Below are positions 46,629-56,996 of a stretch of DNA of 64,000 bases, piece after piece (positions within the stretch are counted from its first letter, which is position 1; every line of letters starts with the position of its first letter). Below the pieces are notes generated by a model, which did not search any database, was not told where the DNA came from, and saw nothing but the letters and a program-made list of their open reading frames with translations. The translations under genes and the position numbers were made by a program. This DNA is from Pseudomonadota bacterium. Its GTDB lineage: Bacteria > Myxococcota > JACRCW01 > JAFGSX01. The stretch is taken from the NCBI GenBank assembly GCA_043821645.1, contig JBDRCO010000111.1, forward strand, positions 81,445 through 145,444, written 5' to 3'.

Positions 46629-48287
46629 ATGCTGCACGAGACTGACTTCCTGGTGATCGGTACAGGTCTGGCGGGGTTGACCTTTGCCAGTGAGCTGCCG
46701 GCCGAGGCCCAGGTCCTGGTCCTGTCCAAGCGCGCCCGGGGTGAGACGGCGACCGCCATGGCCCAGGGAGGTGTGGCGGCGGTGCTCAGCGAGAGCGACA
46801 GCTTCGAGGAGCACGTCCAGGACACCCTGACCGCAGGAGCAGGGCTCTGTCGCGAGGACATCGTGCGGCTCATCGTCGAGGACGGCCCGTCGGCCATCGC
46901 CATGCTGCGGGAGGCCGGAGCAGGCTTCGATGCGGGGCAGGCGAATGGGCTGGCGCTGGGCCTCGAGGGAGGCCACGGCAAGCGGCGTATCGTGCACGCT
47001 GCGGACAGCACAGGGCGCGAGGTCGAGCGCGCCATGCTCGCGCGCTGCGAGGTGAGGCCCAACCTGCGCATCCTCGAGGACCACATGGCGGTGGACCTGA
47101 TCACACACCGTGCGGACCAGGTCCACGAAGACAGGGTGCGGGGGGCCTACATCCTCGACGAGCACAGTGGCGAGGTCCTCACCGTGCAAGCCCGGCGCGG
47201 GGTGGTGCTGGCCACGGGAGGCAGCGGCAAGGCCTACGTCTACACGTCCAACCCGGACACCGCCACCGGCGACGGGGTTGCCATGGCCTTCCGGGCGCGC
47301 GTGCCCATCGCCAACATGGAGTTCGTGCAGTTCCACCCCACGTGCTTCTACCACCCCCAGGCCAAGTCCCTCCTGGTATCGGAGGCCTTGCGGGGCGAGG
47401 GCGGCGTCCTGAAGCGGCAGGATGGCACGACCTTCATGGATCAGGTTCACCCGCGCGCGTCCCTGGCTCCGCGCGACGTCGTGGCGCGGGCCATCGACGC
47501 CGAGCTCAAGCGCAGTGGCGAGGACTTCGTGGTTCTCGACATGACCGCACTGGACCCCGGTTTCCTCGTCGAGCGCTTCCCCAACATCCACGCCGCCCTG
47601 ATGGACTTCGGTGTGGACATGCGTCGGCAACCCATCCCCGTGGTTCCGGCCGCGCATTACCAGTGCGGTGGCGTGATGGTCGATGCCTGTGGCCGCACGG
47701 CCCTGCCTGGCCTGTTCGCCCTGGGGGAGTGTGCAGCGACCGGTTTGCACGGCGCCAATCGCCTCGCCTCCAACTCACTTCTCGAGGCGATCTCCATCTC
47801 GCGACAGGCCGCCCGGGTCGCGGCAGATCTCCCTGCCGTCGACAGTGGGGTCCTGCGCCCGTGGGACCCTGGCCAGGCTGTGGTTCCCGACGAGCACGTG
47901 GTGGTGGCCCAGAACTGGGACGAGCTGCGTCGCGCGATGTGGAACTACGTGGGCATTGTGAGGACGGATCGGCGCCTGCGTCGCGCGCTCCGGCGCCTGG
48001 ATCTCCTCGACGAGGAGATCCGCGAGTACTACTGGAAGGTGCGTGTGGATCGCGATCTGCTCGAGCTGCGCAACATCGCCAACGTGGCGCGACTGGTGGT
48101 GCAAAGCGCCCTGGCGCGGCGCGAGAGCCGGGGACTGCACTACAATCTCGACTGTCCCGGCCGTGACGATGAGGGCTACGGCGCCAGCGACACGGTGCTG
48201 GCTCGCAGCGCAGATAACAGTGTCGTGCATCTGCCGTACCTGGGGCGTCAGGACAGGCCTGTCCGGTGGCAGGGCTGGGAGGCCTGA
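46629..48287 (+). CDS. nadB: L-aspartate oxidase
   Basis: VIGTGLAG, AQGGVAAV, EGGH..RRIVH, MEFVQFHPT, PAAHYQCGG, GLHGANRLASNSLLE and ESRGLHY motifs. Confidence 0.96.
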   Translation: MLHETDFLVIGTGLAGLTFASELPAEAQVLVLSKRARGETATAMAQGGVAAVLSESDSFEEHVQDTLTAGAGLCREDIVRLIVEDGPSAIAMLREAGAGFDAGQANGLALGLEGGHGKRRIVHAADSTGREVERAMLARCEVRPNLRILEDHMAVDLITHRADQVHEDRVRGAYILDEHSGEVLTVQARRGVVLATGGSGKAYVYTSNPDTATGDGVAMAFRARVPIANMEFVQFHPTCFYHPQAKSLLVSEALRGEGGVLKRQDGTTFMDQVHPRASLAPRDVVARAIDAELKRSGEDFVVLDMTALDPGFLVERFPNIHAALMDFGVDMRRQPIPVVPAAHYQCGGVMVDACGRTALPGLFALGECAATGLHGANRLASNSLLEAISISRQAARVAADLPAVDSGVLRPWDPGQAVVPDEHVVVAQNWDELRRAMWNYVGIVRTDRRLRRALRRLDLLDEEIREYYWKVRVDRDLLELRNIANVARLVVQSALARRESRGLHYNLDCPGRDDEGYGASDTVLARSADNSVVHLPYLGRQDRPVRWQGWEA

Positions 48288-48289
48288 GT

Positions 48290-48928
48290 TCAGGTCACAG
48301 TGCCGCGCTCGATCTGTGCCACCACTTCCCGTAGCCGCTGCAGGGAGATCACGCCCTGTCGGATCAGCATGGGAACCTCGCCGGTGACGTCGACGATCGT
48401 GCTGGAGAGGCCACCCGGTGTGACGCCTTCGACCACACCTGCGAGCTGCGCGAGGAGCTGCGGGTCGATGTGCTCGGGCCGCGTCGGTTCCTCTTCACCT
48501 GCGAAATTGCAGCTGGTGCTGGTGATGGGACCGCCCACGCCCGTGGACAGGGCACTGGCCACGATGTGCGAGCTGACCCGGACCCCGACGGTCCAGCCAT
48601 TCGCGCGCAGATTGAGGGGCAGGGTGTCTCTGGCCTCGACGATCAAAGTCAAGGGGCCTGGCCAGAAGGCCCGTGCGAGGTTGTCGCCCGCAGCCGGGAG
48701 GGGTGGCGTGACCCGGGAGAGCATGTCGCGATTGGCGATGATCACCGAGATGGGCTTGCGGCCGCGCCCCTTGAGCTGGCGCAGGGTCTCGACCGCGTCA
48801 GGGTTCATGGCATCCACGCCGAGGCCGAAGAAGGTCTCGGTCGGGTACGCCACCACGGCACCGGCGCGCAGTCGCTTCACGGCCTCGTCGACATCCAGCA
48901 GCCTGCTTCGGTCGCGCTTGCGTCGCAA
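48290..48928 (-). CDS. tsaC: Threonylcarbamoyl-AMP synthase (YrdC/TsaC)
   Basis: VVAYPTETFFGLG, KGR, FWPGPLTL, TSTSCN and SSTIVD motifs. Confidence 0.92.
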   Translation of the reverse strand: MRRKRDRSRLLDVDEAVKRLRAGAVVAYPTETFFGLGVDAMNPDAVETLRQLKGRGRKPISVIIANRDMLSRVTPPLPAAGDNLARAFWPGPLTLIVEARDTLPLNLRANGWTVGVRVSSHIVASALSTGVGGPITSTSCNFAGEEEPTRPEHIDPQLLAQLAGVVEGVTPGGLSSTIVDVTGEVPMLIRQGVISLQRLREVVAQIERGTVT

Positions 48929-48946
48929 CGTGTCGCCCTCGTCGCC

Positions 48947-50353
<1,407 letters not shown>

Positions 50354-50362
50354 CGCCTGGCG

Positions 50363-51304
50363 CTAGGCGCGAACCTCGTTGAGCACGCTGCCGTCGCGGG
50401 CATAGGCCTGCACGATGGCGATCACCTCGTCGGCTACGGCAAGCTGCGCCTGCTCGGTCGACGCGCCGATGTGGTGGGTGGCGACGACGTTGTCCAGCAG
50501 AGCCAGCTCGCCCTCGTACTGCCCGGTGGCGGCGGCCGGCTCGTTTGCGAACACATCGGCCCCGACGCGCAGGCCGCGCTCGCGGATGGCCTCGATCAGA
50601 GCCTGCTCGTCGACGATCTCACCACGGCTGGTGTTGAGCAGGATCGCGCCCTTCTTGAGCAGAGCCAGTCGCTCGCGGTTCATGAACTGCTTGGTCTTGT
50701 CGTTGGCCGGGATGTGGAGGCTGATCACGTCCGCCCGACGCAGCAGGTCCTCGACCACGGACACGGCCTCGACCCCGGGCGCGTCGAAGGGCACCACGTC
50801 GTAACCCAGCACGGTCATGTCGAAGGCCAGGGCGCGCCGAGCCAGCTCCTTGCCGATGGCTCCCATGCCGACGATGCCCAGGGTCTTGCCCTTGATGCCG
50901 TCGGCCTTGGAAAACTCCTTCTTGTTCCACTGCCGCTGCTTGAGGGCGGCGGTGGCCTGCGGGATGCGGCGATCGATGGCGAGCATCAGCCCCATGGCGA
51001 GCTCGGCCACGGCCACCGAGTTTTTTCCCGGGCAGTTGGTGACGTGCATGCCCGCGGCGTTGGCAGCCACCTTGTCGATGGTGTTGGTGCCGGCGCCGGC
51101 GCGAATGATCAACTTGAGCGCTTGGCCCGCCGCGACGGTCTCCTTGGTCACCTTGGTCGAGCGCACCACCAGGGCCTCGTGCCCTGCGATGGCGCCCGGG
51201 ATGGTCTCGGCGGACAGGTCCGGCAGAAAGGTCAGGCTGTGACCCAGATCCTTGAGCTGTTGCTGCCGGGACTCGGGGAACTTGTCGGCGAACAGGATCT
51301 TCAT
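50363..51304 (-). CDS. D-3-phosphoglycerate dehydrogenase-like 2-hydroxyacid dehydrogenase (no ACT domain)
   Basis: VRS.TKV, RAGAGTNTID, GIVGMGAIG, NTSRG, DVFANEP and HIGASTEQAQ motifs. Confidence 0.88.
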   Translation of the reverse strand: MKILFADKFPESRQQQLKDLGHSLTFLPDLSAETIPGAIAGHEALVVRSTKVTKETVAAGQALKLIIRAGAGTNTIDKVAANAAGMHVTNCPGKNSVAVAELAMGLMLAIDRRIPQATAALKQRQWNKKEFSKADGIKGKTLGIVGMGAIGKELARRALAFDMTVLGYDVVPFDAPGVEAVSVVEDLLRRADVISLHIPANDKTKQFMNRERLALLKKGAILLNTSRGEIVDEQALIEAIRERGLRVGADVFANEPAAATGQYEGELALLDNVVATHHIGASTEQAQLAVADEVIAIVQAYARDGSVLNEVRA

Positions 51305-51421
51305 GGCAACCTCCTGCCGGGGTACGCCGTCGGCATCTCGACGAGCAGACCATTCCAGCGGCGCCAAAATGCCAAAGCGGATCGGCGGGGTCAACGGTCG
51401 CGCGGGGCGGGGTCGTGGCGG

Positions 51422-53203
51422 TCAGGGCAGGGCAGACTCGATGGCATCCACGCGGAAGCCCGGGCGCACCACGGAGCCGTCGGAGCGGAACACCAGGTAC
51501 AGGGTCTGACCATCGACCGGATCGCTGAAAAAGGCACCCAGGCGACCGCTGTAGCGGTGCTGCTCGTTCCAGCTGGCGTCGTACAGGACCACCGTGTCGT
51601 AGCCTTCTTCGAGGTCGAAGGCGGCGAAGGAGACGCGAACCTGGGTGGCTCCCGCCTCGCCGGTCACCCGCCAGCCCAGATTCTGATTGTTGGCGTAGGG
51701 ATTCGTGGTACCAAAGTCCACGGGGTCGCGCTGCCAGGTGGTGGTGGGAACGGGCCCGCACTGGTAGGCGCAGCGTGCCTCGACGCAGGACCAGGCGCCG
51801 ACGCACATGACGTGTGGGTAGATCGCGCAGTCCGCGACATCCTCGCAGAAACCTTCGGGCGTGCAGCTTCCGGCGGCGTCCGGATAGGGAGCCTCGTACA
51901 CGCCCAGCCCGTAGCGGCAGTGATGGCCGTCCTGGCAGCCCAGACCGCGCAGGCCGCCGCAGCTGTCGCCCTCGACCCCGCAGGCCCCGTCGTGGCGCAC
52001 CGGCGCTGCGGCGCAGCCGGCGAAGCAGCTGTTGTCGTAGGTGACGTCGTTGTCACCGCACACGGGAGCGTAGATCTCGATGCAGACGCAGGCGCTGTCG
52101 TCGGGGACGCAGGCGGGCTGGGCCGCGCAGGGCGACTGCGCGCAGTCTCCGGGCTGCATCTCGCAGCGCGTGCCCGAGGTGCAGCGCACATTGGCGCAGG
52201 TGCTCAGGGTGCACACGGTGTCGACGCAGCTCATGCTGTCGGCGCAGGTCGCGCTGACCCCGCTGCCATCGTCACAGGCCAGCAGCTGCTTGAACGCGGT
52301 GAGCACGTCCAGCAGTTCCTCAGGTGGAGCCACCTCGGCGGGCCAGAACATGGTCGAGGTGACGCCCTCGAAGCTTGCGCGGATCCTGCGGGTCATGTTG
52401 GCGCTCTCGCCGCGGGCCACCGGGTGCGGCAGCAGTCCAGCTCCAAATACCGCGAGGGCCAGGTCGCCCACCACCGATGGATGGGCCCGGCCATAGGGGG
52501 TGACTTCGGGCTCCTGTCCCGGGAACGAGCGTAGCGACCACAGGGCGCCGCTACCGTCGACACGGTAACCCTGGCTGAGGCCAGAGAAGCCGCCGCCCGT
52601 GGTCAACTCCACCACCAGTCCCTCGAAGGACTGGCAGTGCGGCGGGGGCTGGCAACCGCAGACCTCGCGAGGCTCGACCACGGGCATGGAACCGTCCGGG
52701 CAGCGCGGGATCATGTACATGGGGCAGTTGACCTGTCCCTCGACCAGCTCGACGCCGCTGACCTCGAAGCCCCAGCGGGTGATGCTGTAGTCGGTGACCA
52801 GCTCGATCTGCAGCGTGTGGCCCGGCACTGCCTCGCTGGTGACGTCGAGCAGACTGCCGGTCCAGGACTGCACAAGGTTGCCATCGCCATCGCGCAGGAT
52901 CACTGCGTCGTAGTCGCGTTCGACGTCGATGCGCGACAGGTGCACACGCACGGCCTGGGCGCAGTCCGGGGCGCTGACGGTCCAGCGCTGGAATGTGTTG
53001 TTGCGGTACGGGTGGCGCGAGCTGGGCAGGCTGGTGTCGAAGGCTTGCCAGCTCTCCTCTGCGAAAACCGCGACCGGATGCGCGCCGAGCTCGACGCCAA
53101 GTTGCAGTGGCTCCTTGTCCGTCGGCGGACGCTCGAGGTCGCAGGCGGCAAGACCGGAGACGAGCAGGATGGTCAGGGCACAAATTCCGCGGTGCAGACG
53201 CAT
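51422..53203 (-). CDS. Lipoprotein CUB - emfourin-like - follistatin-N - Kazal - CUB
   Basis: Lipobox LAA-C. Two HPY.NN...W...AP....V.......E..YD CUB-like domains. GGFSG motif. CANVRC..G..C. CIEIYAPVCG.N..TY.N.C...C......G.C. Confidence 0.75.
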   Translation of the reverse strand: MRLHRGICALTILLVSGLAACDLERPPTDKEPLQLGVELGAHPVAVFAEESWQAFDTSLPSSRHPYRNNTFQRWTVSAPDCAQAVRVHLSRIDVERDYDAVILRDGDGNLVQSWTGSLLDVTSEAVPGHTLQIELVTDYSITRWGFEVSGVELVEGQVNCPMYMIPRCPDGSMPVVEPREVCGCQPPPHCQSFEGLVVELTTGGGFSGLSQGYRVDGSGALWSLRSFPGQEPEVTPYGRAHPSVVGDLALAVFGAGLLPHPVARGESANMTRRIRASFEGVTSTMFWPAEVAPPEELLDVLTAFKQLLACDDGSGVSATCADSMSCVDTVCTLSTCANVRCTSGTRCEMQPGDCAQSPCAAQPACVPDDSACVCIEIYAPVCGDNDVTYDNSCFAGCAAAPVRHDGACGVEGDSCGGLRGLGCQDGHHCRYGLGVYEAPYPDAAGSCTPEGFCEDVADCAIYPHVMCVGAWSCVEARCAYQCGPVPTTTWQRDPVDFGTTNPYANNQNLGWRVTGEAGATQVRVSFAAFDLEEGYDTVVLYDASWNEQHRYSGRLGAFFSDPVDGQTLYLVFRSDGSVVRPGFRVDAIESALP

Positions 53204-53323
53204 GGGTTAGATCCTCGGCGTGATTACGCGATGCGTCACATAGCTGATCTATGAGAAAGCGCAATAGTGTCCTACATTATCCCACATTAGATTTTATTGA
53301 CGTATAATTTCAATAAGTTAGAT

Positions 53324-53339
53324 AGTGACTAGAATCACA
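53324..53339. promoter_or_regulatory. CRP/FNR-family box in an AT-rich promoter region
   Basis: AGTGA-ctagaa-TCACA, 9/10 match to TGTGA-N6-TCACA. Confidence 0.5.
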
Positions 53340-53530
53340 ATCAATCCAGAAGCGGAGTTTGGCAGGCGGCGAGCCACTCCAGCACTGCCCACGCCATGCG
53401 CACACCCGTCCCGCTGTGCGTCGCTGGGGGAGATCCAGGTGAAGGGACGCCAGGCCGATTTGCGGGTCTATGGCCTGCGGGATGCCTGAAAAGCAACGAG
53501 GGGCACGGGGCCCCTCGTTCTCTCGTCCTG

Positions 53531-53606
53531 TGGTGGAGCTGATGAGGATCGAACTCACGGCCTCCAGAGTGCGATTCTGGCGCTCTCCCAGCTGAGCTAC
53601 AGCCCC
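53531..53606 (-). tRNA. tRNA-Ala(CGC)
   Basis: GGGGCTG/CAGCTCC-ACCA with the G3:U70 pair. Anticodon arm CCAGA-AT-CGC-AC-TCTGG. Confidence 0.96.
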
Positions 53607-53620
53607 GTCGAGAGGGTCGC

Positions 53621-53650
53621 TATGTAGCAAGCGCGCTTCGCGCCTGTCAA
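53621..53650 (-). promoter_or_regulatory. Sigma70 promoter of tRNA-Ala
   Basis: TTGACA-N18-TACATA on the minus strand. Confidence 0.6.
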
Positions 53651-53730
53651 GCAGCATGGCAGGTCTTGCGTGCCTGGTCGTGGCTGCACATACTGCGCAG
53701 CGACGCGATCCGATGGAAGGAGGTCCCCCC

Positions 53731-54033
53731 ATGTCACGACGTTCCCTCAGGCTTGCCGCCACTCTCCTGGCGCTGGGTCTGTCGGCGGCCTTTGCGTGCC
53801 AGTGTCCCGCATCGTCGACGCCGACGCCGGTGCTGCAGGGCGAGACGCGCGCTCCGCGGCAGATCGATGTCAACAAGCGCCGGGCTCTGAACCTGCGCCA
53901 GGCGCGCAAGCTGACCCCGGCCGACAAACTGCACATGGCACAGCGCGGTGCCTCGGGGACCTCGACCGCCTTGCCAGGACCACAGGACCTGCCCGCAGCA
54001 AGCCAGCCGGCCGCCGCGCCGACCCAGCCCTGA
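53731..54033 (+). CDS. Small lipoprotein
   Basis: AAGGAGGT RBS. Signal peptide ending AFA-CQC. Confidence 0.65.
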   Translation: MSRRSLRLAATLLALGLSAAFACQCPASSTPTPVLQGETRAPRQIDVNKRRALNLRQARKLTPADKLHMAQRGASGTSTALPGPQDLPAASQPAAAPTQP

Positions 54034-54095
54034 ACTTCACTTTGGGATCGCGATCCTGTGTCGACCGAGCGGGGCCGTGACAGGCCCACGCTGCC

Positions 54096-55169
54096 TCAGA
54101 TGTCCTCGCCGGAACCGGCATCGACGCTGCTGGCGCAGGGCAGGCTCGACAGCTCACAGGGCACGCAGCGCGGTCGCAGCCACTCTTGCCCTGGCCGCAG
54201 TCCTGCCGTACCAGGATCGGCGAACTGGCACACCTGGTTGGGGCCACCGCACACGTTGTTGATGCAATCCGGGAAGCAGTAGCCGATGTCGAGGAAGAAC
54301 TCGCAGCCCTGCCCTGGCTCGCAGCCGCTGGGCTGAGGTGGATTTTGCCTCTCGGCCGCGGGGTTGCAGGTGCGCGCACAGAACCCATGCTGGTCGGGAG
54401 CGCCGAACAGCATGCCACCGATACAGATCAGGCCGTCGCGGCACTCGCTCGAATGCACACACTGGTCGCCCACGAACTTGAGGCCGCGGGTGGCCACGTC
54501 CTGGCACAGCCCGCTCACCGGCTCGCACTCGTGGTTGCCCATCAGGTCCGAGCCCGCGACCATCAGCCATTCTCCGCCAGCCCCGTCGGGGATGAGGAAG
54601 GTACGGGTGCAGTAAGGCAAGTCCGTGGCGCAGGAGGGCTTGCAGGCTTTGACCGGGAGAGGAGCCACAGCGCCCGTCTGGGAATCGTAGGTCCTGCCAT
54701 CCATCCACGGGTAGTCGCACACATAGCCGTTGCGTCCGCAGTCAGCCGAGCTGGAGCAGCCGCGCATGCACAGGTGATGGCCGGTGGACAGCTTGACCAG
54801 CATGGTGCCCGAGGGGCAGGCCGGAGGGATCATGCCCGGTCGCGAGAGCAGGGTGCAGATTCCCTCGTCGGTGCCGTCGGGCAGGAAGCGTGAGAACAGC
54901 GGGATGGCCTCGTACAGGAAGCTGCCATATTCGCGGTACATGCCGTCCGAGGTTGCGATGACACAGACCATGCCGGCCTTGCCGCAGGTGTTGGTCGGGT
55001 TCTGGGTGGGTTGTGTGGGATCGTACGTGCACCGCGTCCCGATGTCGTCGTAGGTGTAGCTCAGACCGACACCATTGCCAGCATCCTTCTTCTGGAAGGT
55101 GCCCTGACCTCCATCGCAGGTACCCGCCACCAGGATCAGAATCAGCAAGGGGCCGGAGAGCTTGTTCAT
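54096..55169 (-). CDS. Cys-rich exported protein or lipoprotein
   Basis: Signal peptide VAGT-C. Many C...C knots (C.RGC.S.ADC, GDQC....EC..GL.C). GAGG RBS. Confidence 0.75.
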   Translation of the reverse strand: MNKLSGPLLILILVAGTCDGGQGTFQKKDAGNGVGLSYTYDDIGTRCTYDPTQPTQNPTNTCGKAGMVCVIATSDGMYREYGSFLYEAIPLFSRFLPDGTDEGICTLLSRPGMIPPACPSGTMLVKLSTGHHLCMRGCSSSADCGRNGYVCDYPWMDGRTYDSQTGAVAPLPVKACKPSCATDLPYCTRTFLIPDGAGGEWLMVAGSDLMGNHECEPVSGLCQDVATRGLKFVGDQCVHSSECRDGLICIGGMLFGAPDQHGFCARTCNPAAERQNPPQPSGCEPGQGCEFFLDIGYCFPDCINNVCGGPNQVCQFADPGTAGLRPGQEWLRPRCVPCELSSLPCASSVDAGSGEDI

Positions 55170-55288
55170 GGCGTCCTCACGCAATGGGATGCCACCATTT
55201 TAGGACACAAAGCCCGCGGCTGCACGGGGACCCTCGGACCCTGTGGCGTCTCCCGGAGAAAACATCACTGGAGACGGGCAAGGAGGGG

Positions 55289-55320
55289 AAAAAAAACGGG
55301 CGCCCGAGGTGGGCGCCCGT
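55289..55320 (-). terminator. Rho-independent terminator
   Basis: ACGGGCGCCC-N5-GGGCGCCCGT followed by a T run on the minus strand. Confidence 0.8.
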
Positions 55321-55344
55321 GCAAGCCAGGTCAGGTTCGAGAGG

Positions 55345-56763
55345 CTAGATGTCCTCGGACGCAGCGTCCTCGGTCGTGGCAACGTCCTCGGTCGCAGCGT
55401 CGGGCGTCGTCGCGGTATCGGGCGCTGTCGCAGCGTCGGTCGACGTCATTGCATCGGTTGACGTCATCGCGTCGGTCGACACCAGGGCATCGGTCGACAC
55501 CATGGCGTCGGTTGACGTCATCGCGTCGGTCGTGGTGGCGTCCATGCTCATGGCATCTTCCACCATGGCGTCGGTCATACCTGCGTCGGTGGACACGGTG
55601 GCGTCCTCGGTGACGGTCGCATCGGACATGCCGCCATCCTCCACCACCACGGGGGTGCCGCACATGCCGAAAGGACGTGCGCAGAAGTTGCCGCTGGTGA
55701 ACTCACCGCACGTTGCACCCGGGTAGGCCGCACAGCTGGCGTCGTTGGTGCAGGCCTTGTTGGCGCCGTTTTCCTGGACGATCGCGTAAAAGAAGGCCGG
55801 CTCGAGCACGCACTCCAAACCCGTCGGGCAATTGGTGTAGGTGTAGATGCCCGCATCGTCGGGCTCGCCACAGATCGAGATGCAGATGCCGATGGAGGGA
55901 TCGGACGAGAAGATGTCCGTGAGGCACTGCACCTGGGCCGGATTGTCGACGCCACCCAGGGTGTCATCACAGCCGATGCCCTGCGACGAGTCGCAGATGT
56001 AGTCGCCGGGGATGGATCCACCTGCCAGCACCTGCGCCGGGATGATGTCTGCAGCCGTGCCGCACATGCCCTGCAGGCGGCCGCAGTAGTCGCCGATGTT
56101 GAAGCTCACGCAGCGGAAGCCGGTGTCGCAGGGGCAGTTGGCTCCCGGGCAGTCCGTCGCCGTGCAGGCGATCTGGGTGGTCGGGTTGACCGGGTCGTCG
56201 ACCTGGATCTGGTACAGGCCGGCGTTGTTTGGCACGCAGGTCTGGCTGCTGTCGCTGCAGGCTGTGGTGCCACCGATGTCGCAGGTCTCCTGGCAGTGCC
56301 AGAAGTCGGGGATCTCGTTGCCGTCGTTGTCGTCGCTGACCGAGGGGTAGCACTCCAGGGTCTCGGAGCAGCGTGCCAGCGCGTTGAAGCAGTCGCTGTA
56401 CTGGCCGATCTCGCCCACACACATGTTCTCGGTGAAGGTTGGCACCTGGTAGTCGCGGTGCACGTCGACGATGGAGCCCACGCTGCACAGCGGGGTCGGG
56501 GCCTCGCAGTCGGTTTCACCCACGCAGCGCTCCATGCAGATGCCCTGGGTCATGCCCTGCATCTTGAGGCAGCTCAGGCCACAGCGGCAGTCCTCGTCCG
56601 CGGTGCAGGGCACGCTGCGCGAGCCGCCGTTGGGGCGGTTGCAGCCGCTGGCATCCGTGCGGCCGGCGTCGGTGGCGTCGTCGTCGTCGTCGTTGCCCTC
56701 GGGAGGACAGGCAGCCAGGCCAAGCATCGCCAGCACTGCAAAAGGAAGCAGCCACCTCTTCAT
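55345..56763 (-). CDS. Cys-rich lipoprotein with an acidic hexapeptide-repeat tail
   Basis: Lipobox LAA-C. Many Cys knots. DAMTST repeats. GAGAGG RBS. Confidence 0.8.
   Translation of the reverse strand: MKRWLLPFAVLAMLGLAACPPEGNDDDDDATDAGRTDASGCNRPNGGSRSVPCTADEDCRCGLSCLKMQGMTQGICMERCVGETDCEAPTPLCSVGSIVDVHRDYQVPTFTENMCVGEIGQYSDCFNALARCSETLECYPSVSDDNDGNEIPDFWHCQETCDIGGTTACSDSSQTCVPNNAGLYQIQVDDPVNPTTQIACTATDCPGANCPCDTGFRCVSFNIGDYCGRLQGMCGTAADIIPAQVLAGGSIPGDYICDSSQGIGCDDTLGGVDNPAQVQCLTDIFSSDPSIGICISICGEPDDAGIYTYTNCPTGLECVLEPAFFYAIVQENGANKACTNDASCAAYPGATCGEFTSGNFCARPFGMCGTPVVVEDGGMSDATVTEDATVSTDAGMTDAMVEDAMSMDATTTDAMTSTDAMVSTDALVSTDAMTSTDAMTSTDAATAPDTATTPDAATEDVATTEDAASEDI
55433..55532. repeat. 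18-bp tandem repeat (~5.5 copies) encoding DA(M/L)(T/V)ST
   Basis: Units GC(G/A)TCGGT(C/T)GAC(GT/AC)CA.. with period 18. Confidence 0.85.
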
Positions 56764-56996
56764 TGTCAACCTCTCGGCTATGGGCGCGAGCGCCGTTTCA
56801 CACTTCTGTCACAAGACGCGCGGAAGGTAGACGGCCCTGACAAGGTCCGTCAAGGGAAAACCCTGGTCGAGGAATGAGGAAAAGGCTGGCCGGTGCGAGG
56901 GGATAGCGGCCCAAGGGGCTCCGTGTTACAGCACGCATCGAACACACGAGCGCAGATCCGAAGGAAGCCTGGTAGGGTCCAGGGCGCGAGAGTGAG

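Noticed and set aside
55433..55532. Possible CRISPR array
   Set aside because: An 18-bp coding tandem repeat with no spacers and no cas genes.
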